64,000 bases of DNA from positions 23,221 through 87,220 of the forward strand of contig JAVBVD010000008.1 in assembly GCA_031554635.1 (NCBI GenBank). Direction: 5' to 3'. Of this stretch, positions 29,989 to 38,265 are shown in pieces. Position 1 is the stretch's first letter, and the number at the start of each line of letters is the position of its first letter. The notes under the pieces were generated by a model. The model was given only the letters and a program-made list of their open reading frames with translations. It did not search any database and was not told the origin of the DNA. The DNA is from Bacteroides sp. (GTDB lineage Bacteria > Bacteroidota > Bacteroidia > Bacteroidales > Bacteroidaceae). Position numbers and translations under genes: made by a program.

Positions 29989-30072
29989 GCGCCACTATGT
30001 GGCGCACGAATGGGGACACACCAGTCCGTGGGCTTGCACCCACGGCTACGCACACATTGGCCCGCTGGGCCA
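29989..30072. repeat. REP-like element of three GC-rich hairpins including a GTAG-type REP
   Basis: GCGCCAC-TAT-GTGGCGC; minus-strand GTAG-CCGTGGG-TGCAAG-CCCACGG; TGGCCC-GCT-GGGCCA. Confidence 0.65.
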
Positions 30073-30082
30073 GGAACTACCA

Positions 30083-32221
30083 CTATTTCGCTTTCTGAAT
30101 AAAATACTGTTTGCTCAATGAAGCGAACCGGCTCTTTCCATCGCGACGGAGATAACTGCCGTACACCACTACCGTTTCCTTCGGTGCATCTACTTTCGCT
30201 CCTTCGGGATAGGTCACTGCCAACATGTATGCATCCGTCTCCCAACCGTTCATATTGACGCAGGAATTCAGATGCATTAACCGGCCATCGGCTTGCTGGT
30301 TGATGTACAGCTCCGTCACTTTTCCCTGGTAGACCGAACGTAACCCGATCCAGTTTTCGCCCTGTATGCGTTCCATCACCGGAAGTTCCTTCTGCTCGGG
30401 CGTATCTTTCAGGATGATGACCGTGAGACCTTTCACCCGGTTCACTTCGGCAGGCAGGTTGAAAGAGTAATACGTTTCGGTCTCTGCCAGGTTGTCCTCT
30501 TTCGGTCCCTGGTGTTCTTCCACATACATATCGTTGGGATAGTCGTGCACGAAGTCGCTTTTGGCCAGGAATTCCGGATAAAGCGGACGGATGGCAACGG
30601 CCGATGCACCGTTGGTCACATGCAGGTCGTACCCACGCTTCTTCACCTCGCCATTGGTGTGCCACAGCCATTCAAAGTGCCCGTTCTTGTGCGTTTTCAG
30701 GTCGTCCACCATGTAAATAACCTGGTCTATCCACAGGAAGTGACGGAAGTTACGGCTGAAGTTATCGGCTACCGGACCGGTACCGTCGGCCAGGATGTAC
30801 TTGATGTTTCCCTCGTCCATCAGGTGATAGAGATACCCACGCAAGGGCGAACCGTGATACTGTTGTTCGCGGCTCTGCCCTTGACCGTTGAACAGCACCA
30901 CGTTGTGCGCCTGGCTCTGGAAGAAGTAGTTGCGGTATTCCGGACGGGGGTACCAGCAGTTGCCCGCATCCTTGATGATGTCCACCCCTTTGTGAAACAG
31001 GATGAACGAATTGGCATCGGCATGCGAGTGATTCCATGTGTAACCGCTCTTCACGGCCAGCATCGTGGCATCCTTCTTCCACGAATCGCGCAGCGTAGCC
31101 CAACCGAAATCGGCATAGAGTTTCGACAACGGAAGCGAAGGTACTTCGGGAGCTTTCCGTGCATCGGGCATCAGCAGGAAACCCATCGGCTGGTTGATGA
31201 ACAGTCCGTCGCGGTGCTGTCCCGCCTCTACCTGACTGAGGTACCACAGCACATCACTGTTGCCGATGCCCATGGCGTAGAGCAGCATGAGGGAGCTTTC
31301 GGCTGTGATGTTCTTGTGGCTGTCGCCGAAATTGATATCGTAAAGCATGCCCGTACGCGGGTAGCAGATGTGCAGGAAGAAGCTGGGTAGCAGGGAGAGT
31401 TGCGGCACTTCGGGCGCTTTCTTTCCCGGGTGGATGTTCTGCCAGGCGTAGCGGAAGAGCAATGCTTCCGATATGCCGAAGTTGGCATAGTTCACGCTCT
31501 CGTACATACCACCGGAGGCATCGAAGGTTTTGGGCTTGTGTTGAAGCTCATCGCCGGGGAAGTCGAACCATTCTGGAATGGAATTGTTTACTTGTTCCAC
31601 CCATTCGCGGGCTTCGGGTATTTCGTTCTGGAAAGCCATAGACAGTACGCCTGCCATACAGACGCAGGAAGTCCACCAGTTGTGCCCCATGGAGTTGAGC
31701 GAGTGGATGCGGGTGGGTTCGAGCAGCCAGTCCTCCAGCGCCGGGCGGATAGCCAGGCGGGTCAGCTCAGTGGTGATCAGTTTGCGCTCGTCGGCAGTCA
31801 GGGCGTCGTACACGGCATCGTATGCCACGGCGGCGTAGAAACTCCGGTGTGCCATCTGTAATTCCGAACGCCATGCCGGTTTGCGAAGCACCATCTCGGC
31901 ATCGCTCCAGTTGCGTTTGGTCTGGTCTACGAGTTGGTCTTTCACCTTGTCGGCATACTTGCGTTCGCCCGTCATGCGGTAGGCCAGCGCCAGGTAACCG
32001 CTCTTGGTGAAGTCGTTCTTTTGCAACAGCTCGTCGGCAGTTTGCCTGATTTCGTTCCAGGCCGCTTCCATCGTTGCATCCGTCTTCACCCGTTGTTTGA
32101 GTTCCTGTACCTTTTTGTCGGTGAAGAACAGCGCCGGATGGTTCACTTTCTGCGCCCGACTGGTAACAGCTACCAAGCTGAGTAGTACGCACATGCATCT
32201 GAGAATAACTTTTTGTTTCAT
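30083..32221 (-). CDS. Heparinase II/III-like polysaccharide lyase
   Basis: Signal peptide, HPALF, HNWW, YESVNY, NFGDS, NHSHADANSF, AHNVV motifs. Confidence 0.82.
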   Translation of the reverse strand: MKQKVILRCMCVLLSLVAVTSRAQKVNHPALFFTDKKVQELKQRVKTDATMEAAWNEIRQTADELLQKNDFTKSGYLALAYRMTGERKYADKVKDQLVDQTKRNWSDAEMVLRKPAWRSELQMAHRSFYAAVAYDAVYDALTADERKLITTELTRLAIRPALEDWLLEPTRIHSLNSMGHNWWTSCVCMAGVLSMAFQNEIPEAREWVEQVNNSIPEWFDFPGDELQHKPKTFDASGGMYESVNYANFGISEALLFRYAWQNIHPGKKAPEVPQLSLLPSFFLHICYPRTGMLYDINFGDSHKNITAESSLMLLYAMGIGNSDVLWYLSQVEAGQHRDGLFINQPMGFLLMPDARKAPEVPSLPLSKLYADFGWATLRDSWKKDATMLAVKSGYTWNHSHADANSFILFHKGVDIIKDAGNCWYPRPEYRNYFFQSQAHNVVLFNGQGQSREQQYHGSPLRGYLYHLMDEGNIKYILADGTGPVADNFSRNFRHFLWIDQVIYMVDDLKTHKNGHFEWLWHTNGEVKKRGYDLHVTNGASAVAIRPLYPEFLAKSDFVHDYPNDMYVEEHQGPKEDNLAETETYYSFNLPAEVNRVKGLTVIILKDTPEQKELPVMERIQGENWIGLRSVYQGKVTELYINQQADGRLMHLNSCVNMNGWETDAYMLAVTYPEGAKVDAPKETVVVYGSYLRRDGKSRFASLSKQYFIQKAK

Positions 32222-32281
32222 GCGATATGTTTTATAATTAAATTCCTATATTTGTATATTGTCACCTTCTTAATTACAACT

Positions 32282-32638
32282 ATGATTAGAAAAATGCTTT
32301 ACTTTCTGCCCGATATTCTACTGATTGTCGGGTTTGCCGTTGCAGGAATTGCCGAACTGGCTGTCCTGGGTTTTACGGCTTTCTTTTCCCTGATGGCAGG
32401 CATCGCTTTCTTGTTCTTTGTACAACTGGCGTTTGGCCTCCGCATCCTGGGGCTGCTGGTCAGTGCCGCCTTGTTCTTCGTTTCCGTTTACTTCCTACTG
32501 GCTTTCTTCTCTGATATCGCGCGGGCTGTTCCGCTTTCTATTCACCAATTGAAAGGCTCTGCGCTTGGATTCCTCCTTCTGGGAACTGTTATTACCCTTT
32601 CCTTGCTGACGTTTGTTCGTAACATCCGGTCGCGCTGA
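32282..32638 (+). CDS. Small multi-pass membrane protein, antisense to the PUL
   Basis: 118 aa with about four hydrophobic segments; TATATTTG -7 element at 32247-32254. Confidence 0.65.
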   Translation: MIRKMLYFLPDILLIVGFAVAGIAELAVLGFTAFFSLMAGIAFLFFVQLAFGLRILGLLVSAALFFVSVYFLLAFFSDIARAVPLSIHQLKGSALGFLLLGTVITLSLLTFVRNIRSR

Positions 32639-32759
32639 CTTCCCCCCTACTTCCTTTATATAATACTACACCGGCACCGGTCCCTTGCCACACGGATGAG
32701 GCAACGGAAGCAACATGCGTCGTGCAGAGCAGCAACAGGGCAAATAGTATTCGTTTCAT
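32592..32759 (-). pseudogene. Short signal-peptide-bearing ORF, probably a truncated PUL gene
   Basis: MKRILFALLLLCTTHVASVASSVWQG..., 55 aa, running into the 3' end of the antisense gene. Confidence 0.45.
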
Positions 32760-32776
32760 GGGATTACTGTTTGTCT

Positions 32777-32808
32777 TGAAATACGGATGAAGAGTGCTTC
32801 TCACTCAA
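32777..32808 (-). promoter_or_regulatory. Weak copy of candidate ECF promoter
   Basis: TTGAGTGAG-N13-CCGTATTT; a TACCTTTG -7 element is also present at 32825-32832. Confidence 0.4.
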
Positions 32809-33001
32809 TCAGTCCGCCAATTAACAAAGGTATGAATTTCTTTTAAGTATTTTCGGATAGTCAAATGTATATGTACCCATTAATGACTTGTTGATTGCCC
32901 GGAAAGTGGATATATTTCCGGGATGTAAAGAGGGTAAGGCGGTAGAAAGGGAGCAAAATTATTTTTCTCCTATAAGTCATAGTTTACCTCTAGGAGATAC
33001 C

Positions 33002-33096
33002 ATGTACGAGATGCACATCTCATGCAGTACCAGATGTACATCTCATACAGTACGACATGTACATCTCATACAGTACCAGATGTACATCTCGTACAT
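33002..33096. repeat. Tandem array, 4 x 23-bp palindromic unit (AGATGTACATCT core)
   Basis: GTAC unit starts at 33004, 33027, 33050, 33073; array ends form an 18/19-bp inverted repeat. Confidence 0.9.
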
Positions 33097-33260
33097 CGAG
33101 GGTTTAAAAGGTAGATAAGTTTGGTCGTAGCATAACGTATGCTTGCTTTATGAGAAAAAACAAAGGAGTTCAAGAAATATCATTTTTCATTGCTTGTAAT
33201 TCATCCGAAGACTTATCAACAAGTGCTGTAACGAGGCATTTCATCTGATTCGGTATTATG

Positions 33261-33680
33261 CTATTTCACTTTTTCGAATAAATGCCTTTCTATAATTCCT
33301 GTTCCGCACCAATCAAAACTTATCGTTTCAACCAGGGTTGTAGAAAGCTTACCATTTTTAATTGTATAATTATAAAAACAAGAATGCCTCATCATAGGCA
33401 TTTCCAATCTACCATTACTAATGGAATAGGACGTTTCGTAAGGTTCATATTCCTTATTGGGGTATGAAACAATTATTTTACCGTCCGATTGGAAATCATA
33501 AATAGTTTGGTATGTCGGGTACCTGCTTTCTTCGGAAACCGAATACGCATACTCCAACAGCATCCATTTTCCCAGAATAGCAGGATCATCTGTAGCCGAT
33601 GACTCATCATAATCTTTACAAGCCCCTAATAGCATGCATATACTTATGCAAACCAATCCATAAAACCAGTGTTTCTTCAT
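33261..33680 (-). CDS. Lipocalin-like lipoprotein
   Basis: Lipobox LLGAC, acidic KDYDE segment, ILGKW motif; AT-rich. Confidence 0.7.
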   Translation of the reverse strand: MKKHWFYGLVCISICMLLGACKDYDESSATDDPAILGKWMLLEYAYSVSEESRYPTYQTIYDFQSDGKIIVSYPNKEYEPYETSYSISNGRLEMPMMRHSCFYNYTIKNGKLSTTLVETISFDWCGTGIIERHLFEKVK

Positions 33681-33751
33681 GTGTCTCAAATTTAATATTA
33701 ATATTTACATAAGAAACGAAGCAGAAGTGAAAATACTGCATGCCTGCAACG

Positions 33752-33786
33752 AAAAAAAGAGACCTTTCCTTAAAAAAGTCTCTTTT
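33752..33786 (-). terminator. Terminator after GH51
   Basis: AAAAGAGAC...GTCTCTTTT stem with flanking A/T-tracts. Confidence 0.65.
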
Positions 33787-33824
33787 AATATAAAAGCAAG
33801 AATATTTACTTGCAATGATACAGC

Positions 33825-36440
33825 TTAACGCAATGATTTCACCCGCAACACACAGAACGAGTAAGCAGGAACCTCCCCTTCGAGTGTATCCGAAATGGAT
33901 ACAGTACCCGTCACCGGTTTCGCCAGCTTATCATTGGGGCGACCGCTCAATACGGTGTATGTAGCTTCCGCAGCCAAAGCGCCCAATGGCTTCAAGTCCA
34001 GTTTCGTCTTCACGGCTACCGGGAGCAGATTCACCATCTTCACAATATAATCGCCTGTACGGCTATCACGTACCACGGACGTAACCATCCGCTTAGTCAC
34101 CGCACTCGACTGATCAGACAGACTCATCCGGCTCGGGATGTACGTATCGCCTGCATTCTGTCCGTATAGCATCTGCACATAGTAATCTACCGTAGGCTTC
34201 ACCTCCGTGTTGTTGAAATAAATCAAGTCCGGCGTCCATTGCGTATTGCCTTCTTTAGCTAGTAACGGAGCATACGATGTCAGACTCACCACATCGCCGT
34301 TTCGCTCCACGTTGGCCAGGTGCAAAGCCTCAGCCAGGGAGGTTTCGATGTTGCTGGGGCGGCCGGGCAGATGAGCCGCATACTCACCCAGATACACCTT
34401 TGGTTTGCTGCGGTCGTACCGGTCGTAATATTGCTGGTTGTGGATGTACCATCCCGGCGACTCGTAGTAGTGCTCGTCCACCATCTGCAGGCCGAGTTCG
34501 GTAGCGATGCGCCATCCTTCCTCATAGTCCGAACCTTCGTAGAACGGACCTACCGTTCCTATGATGATCATCTCCGGATACTTTGCCTGAACAGCTTTGC
34601 AAATCATCGCATAACGTTCCTCGAACACATCCGAGATCAGGTCCTCGTTGCCGATACCGATGTATTTCAGGTTGAACGGCTTCGGGTGACCTGCTTCGGC
34701 ACGCTTCTTGCCCCAGGTAGACTTGGCATCGCCGTTGGCCCACTCGATCAGGTCGAGCACCTCCTGGATGTAATCCTGCATCTCGCTCATCGGAATACCG
34801 CATTGCTGGCCGTGACCGCCGTGGCTGGAGTTTTGGCAAGGTACACCGGCGGGAAGCACCGGAAGCGGTTCGGCACCGATATCTTCGCAGAACTGGAAAT
34901 ACTCGAAATAACCCAGTCCGGCCGTTTGGTGATAGTTCCAGATGTTACGTTGCGGTTTGCGGGCTTCGAGTGCGCCGATGGTGTTCTTCCAGCGGTACAT
35001 ATTGTCCAGCCCGTCGCCATGTGCCACACAACCGCCCGGGAAACGGATGAAGCGCGGTTTCATGTCGGCCAGCGTTTGTGCCAGGTCGGGGCGCAAACCG
35101 TTGCGATGCCCCTTGAATGTTTTCTGTGGGAAGAGCGAGATCATATCGAAATGCAATGTTCCGGTTGACTGCGGCATCAGCTCCAGCGTGGCGTTGGTAG
35201 CGGTTCGAGTGGCAGTGATCACCACCTCCTGTTTCTTCCAGGTAGACGATGTGCACTTCACCGTAGCCTCGCCACAGCTTTTGCCTTGCGCATCGATCAC
35301 CCGTACCCGCACCTCTCCGCCTTTTCCTTGCGGATTGCGGGCAAACAGGGAGAAGATGTACTTATCACCCGCCTTTACCGGAATACCATCGAAGCCTTCA
35401 TTTACCAGTGCGGCGCCCACTCTCTCCACATGGAGTAGCGCGTAATGCGGGTTATTGGCGTGTATGGGATTTATTGTGTCGATGGTAAAGGCAGCGGCAT
35501 CACCTTGCAACGACCAAGCCTTGGTACTGTTCCATTGCGGGTCGCTGCCTTTCTTGTCGCTCGGATCGTATTCGAAATCACGGTTCTGCACCAGCTCGGC
35601 ATAGAGTCCGCCATCGGCAGCGTAGTTAATGTCTTCAAAGAAGATGCCGATCAGCATGTCGCTGATGGATTTGCTCTGCTCCGGGTTGATCGTAATCGAA
35701 GCCTGTACCGGCTTCAGCGAAGCGAAACGGGTAGGATCGTCCGCCATCTTCTCGCTGTGAAGAATGCGTTTATAGTCCGCCATTTTATGTGCTTTGATCA
35801 GCTCGTCGATGGTCTGCCAGGACACCTTGTGGATAGTACCTGTCTGATACTTTCCATCTACCAGTAGTCTGACACGTTGATTGATACGGTATAGTTCGTC
35901 ACGTAGCTCAATAACCGGAGTAAACGAATGGAAATCCTTTGTTGTAGTGCCGTAGACACCTTGTTGCGTACCGGTCTTACTCACCCAGGAGATGCAATAC
36001 TCGTCCTTCGGGGTGCTGTAACCCACTTCAATGGCGCCACAATTGCCAGCGGTAGTCAGGATGGGGTATGATTGCGGTCGCCAGTTGATCAGGTCGGCCG
36101 AAGAAGCATTGGCTACCACGCCATCTTTCTCGTTCACGCTGAACAGGCAACGCCATAAGCCGTCCTTGTCCTGAAACACTACCGGATCGAGCATGCGTTT
36201 CTGAGGTCCCCAAGTGCCGTAATCGCTTCCCAGGAACCGATGTTCCGGGCCGATGGCGTACCATGTGTTCCAGCCGTCGATGCTCCAGGCGAAGTGTAAT
36301 CCGTTGTGGTGGGTGTTCTTGTCGGTGGCATACGCAAAGAGGTAGGCCGAATCGGGTTCGTTCATTGTTTTCATCACCTTGGCGGAGATGCCGTGCGAAC
36401 AGAAAAACAGGAGTAGTAAAAGAGTAAGTTTGTTCTTCAT
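33825..36440 (-). CDS. GH51 alpha-L-arabinofuranosidase with N-terminal propeller-like (GH43-like) segment
   Basis: FFEDINYAADGGLYAE, RFPGGC, GIGNED (acid/base), VYLGEY (nucleophile), SYAPLL. Confidence 0.92.
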   Translation of the reverse strand: MKNKLTLLLLLFFCSHGISAKVMKTMNEPDSAYLFAYATDKNTHHNGLHFAWSIDGWNTWYAIGPEHRFLGSDYGTWGPQKRMLDPVVFQDKDGLWRCLFSVNEKDGVVANASSADLINWRPQSYPILTTAGNCGAIEVGYSTPKDEYCISWVSKTGTQQGVYGTTTKDFHSFTPVIELRDELYRINQRVRLLVDGKYQTGTIHKVSWQTIDELIKAHKMADYKRILHSEKMADDPTRFASLKPVQASITINPEQSKSISDMLIGIFFEDINYAADGGLYAELVQNRDFEYDPSDKKGSDPQWNSTKAWSLQGDAAAFTIDTINPIHANNPHYALLHVERVGAALVNEGFDGIPVKAGDKYIFSLFARNPQGKGGEVRVRVIDAQGKSCGEATVKCTSSTWKKQEVVITATRTATNATLELMPQSTGTLHFDMISLFPQKTFKGHRNGLRPDLAQTLADMKPRFIRFPGGCVAHGDGLDNMYRWKNTIGALEARKPQRNIWNYHQTAGLGYFEYFQFCEDIGAEPLPVLPAGVPCQNSSHGGHGQQCGIPMSEMQDYIQEVLDLIEWANGDAKSTWGKKRAEAGHPKPFNLKYIGIGNEDLISDVFEERYAMICKAVQAKYPEMIIIGTVGPFYEGSDYEEGWRIATELGLQMVDEHYYESPGWYIHNQQYYDRYDRSKPKVYLGEYAAHLPGRPSNIETSLAEALHLANVERNGDVVSLTSYAPLLAKEGNTQWTPDLIYFNNTEVKPTVDYYVQMLYGQNAGDTYIPSRMSLSDQSSAVTKRMVTSVVRDSRTGDYIVKMVNLLPVAVKTKLDLKPLGALAAEATYTVLSGRPNDKLAKPVTGTVSISDTLEGEVPAYSFCVLRVKSLR

Positions 36441-36512
36441 GATACAATATATTAATTAGATAAAGACCGTTTGTGTGCAAATACGCTAATAATGTTGAAG
36501 TTACGTCCTATT

Positions 36513-36534
36513 TGGTGTGCGATGTACACTTTTT
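36513..36534. promoter_or_regulatory. Candidate AraR (NrtR-family) operator
   Basis: Minus strand AAAAGTGT-ACATCGC-ACACC = GTGT-N7-ACAC palindrome upstream of an arabinofuranosidase. Confidence 0.5.
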
Positions 36535-36577
36535 GAAACAAAACAAAATGTTTTTGAATCATCTACCTGCTCCAGTA

Positions 36578-38127
36578 TCATTCCTCTACCAGATACCGGT
36601 TAATGTTTCGTTCTTCTTTGCTGAACTCCACCCCCATCCTGATCAGTTTCCTTCCGTCTTTGGCGTAGGGTATCAGGTAGCCTTTTTCCTCTATCTGCCT
36701 TAAAGCAGCTTCGGCTGTATCGTTCAGCTTGAATTCAAATACATAAATATATTTGTCGGTCTTTACCACCGCATCGGCCCGCCCTTTGGCACTGCGCACT
36801 TCGGTCTCGATGTATTGTCCCAACAGCTGGAACACAAGAAAGAAGACTACTTGATAATGTCGCTCGGTAGAGTCGTTCAACTCATAAGGAATACCTGCGA
36901 AGAATGCTTTCAGACGTTCCATAAAAGCGGGAATATCTCCCCTTTCCAGTTCTTCAACGAAACGGCCAATGTAGAAATCCTTCTTGGTATCGTCCACACG
37001 GGTATAGAAAGGGAGCAGGAAATTGAGAAAAGCATATTTTACCTCTTCGTTGGGAAGTTGCAATGTGTACAGGTTGAACCGGGGATTATAATCCTTGATG
37101 GTAAGATACCCGCTCTGGTAGATCAATGGAATTGGGTTATTGGCTTCTGCGCGGTATTCGGCAAAAGAATCGGACTTCATCTCGACCCCATCCATAATCA
37201 GGCGCAGGTCGTAATCGCTTTGTTTCAACAGTTCGACCAGGAAAGTCGGCGTGCCTGTTTGGAACCAGTAGTTCTCAAGATTCTTTTTCTGCAAAGCGTT
37301 TAGTACACTGAACGGATTGAACATTCCCGGACAGGCTTTGGTAAAATGATATCCATCGTATTGCATAGCCAGCTGATCGACTGCTTCGTTGAAAGTAACT
37401 TGCCGTTCATCGGCCAATGCGGTAATCTCCGGGGTAAATACCTCCACCAGCTCTTCGCGGGTAATACCACAAATGGTGGAATAAGCCGTATCCAGACTGA
37501 TGTCGTTCAGTTGATTCAAATCGCTGAACACACTCACCTGGGAGAACTTGGTAACTCCGGTGATGAATACGAAACGCAGATAGCGGTCGGCACTCTTCAA
37601 TACTCCATAGAATGCTTTCAGGATGCGACGGTACTCGTCCAGCAACGGTTCGTTGAGCATGGCTTGGAGCAATGGTTTATCGTATTCGTCGATGAGAACC
37701 ACTACGCCCATGCCGGTTTGCTCATGTGCCCGCTGAATAACTGCGGCAAAACGTTCTTCCGGACTTCGGACTATGCTTTCTGTTCCCCATGTAGCTTCCC
37801 AACCTTCTATTTGGAAAGTCAGCATGGATACAAGGTCCTCAGGTGCAGTGTATTTTTTAGCATTCAAGTCCAGATGCAGCACCGGATGTTTCTTCCAATT
37901 CGTTTCCATCTGCTCGATGGCCAGTCCTTCGAACAAGTCTTTGCGCCCCAGGAAATAGGATTCAAAAGTAGAGATCAGCAAGCTCTTACCGAAGCGGCGT
38001 GGGCGGCTCATGAAGTATGGTTTGCCCAGATTGGCTACTTTCCATACCAAATCCGTTTTGTCCACATAAAGATATCCATACTTACGTATGTCTTCAAATG
38101 TCTGTATCCCGATGGGTAGGTATTCAT
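36578..38127 (-). CDS. AAA-ATPase plus PD-(D/E)XK nuclease (DUF1703-type) protein with apparent 1-bp frameshift at its start
   Basis: RPRRFGKS, IDEYDKP, ITGVTKF, GRAD...FEFK; LPIGIQTFEDIR is in frame upstream of the GTG at 38065 but the ATG at 38127 is out of frame. Confidence 0.8.
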
Positions 38128-38265
38128 AATCTTTGGTGTAAAGCTTTGCTTACAAAGATAGGGATTATATTTATTTTGCATCTTGCAAAGGTCGAAAATG
38201 CAATCTTACTTTGGTTTCTTTAAGGACTAAACCAAGTTTTCTTTTAAAACCAAGCTAGGTTTCTT

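Noticed and set aside
33002-33096. CRISPR array (also considered for 3721, 49173, 52231)
   Set aside because: Units are contiguous with no unique spacers and there are no cas genes in the window
32888-33118. 76-aa ORF in the ORF track
   Set aside because: Largely a translation of the 23-bp repeat array; no credible protein features
13895-33129. Shared 14-mer TAAGTTTGGTCGTA at about 13895 and 33116
   Set aside because: A 14-bp match is expected by chance in 64 kb and flanks do not align
36578-38127. Novel anti-phage system
   Set aside because: Common multi-copy Bacteroidales AAA/PD-(D/E)XK family, solitary here with no partner genes
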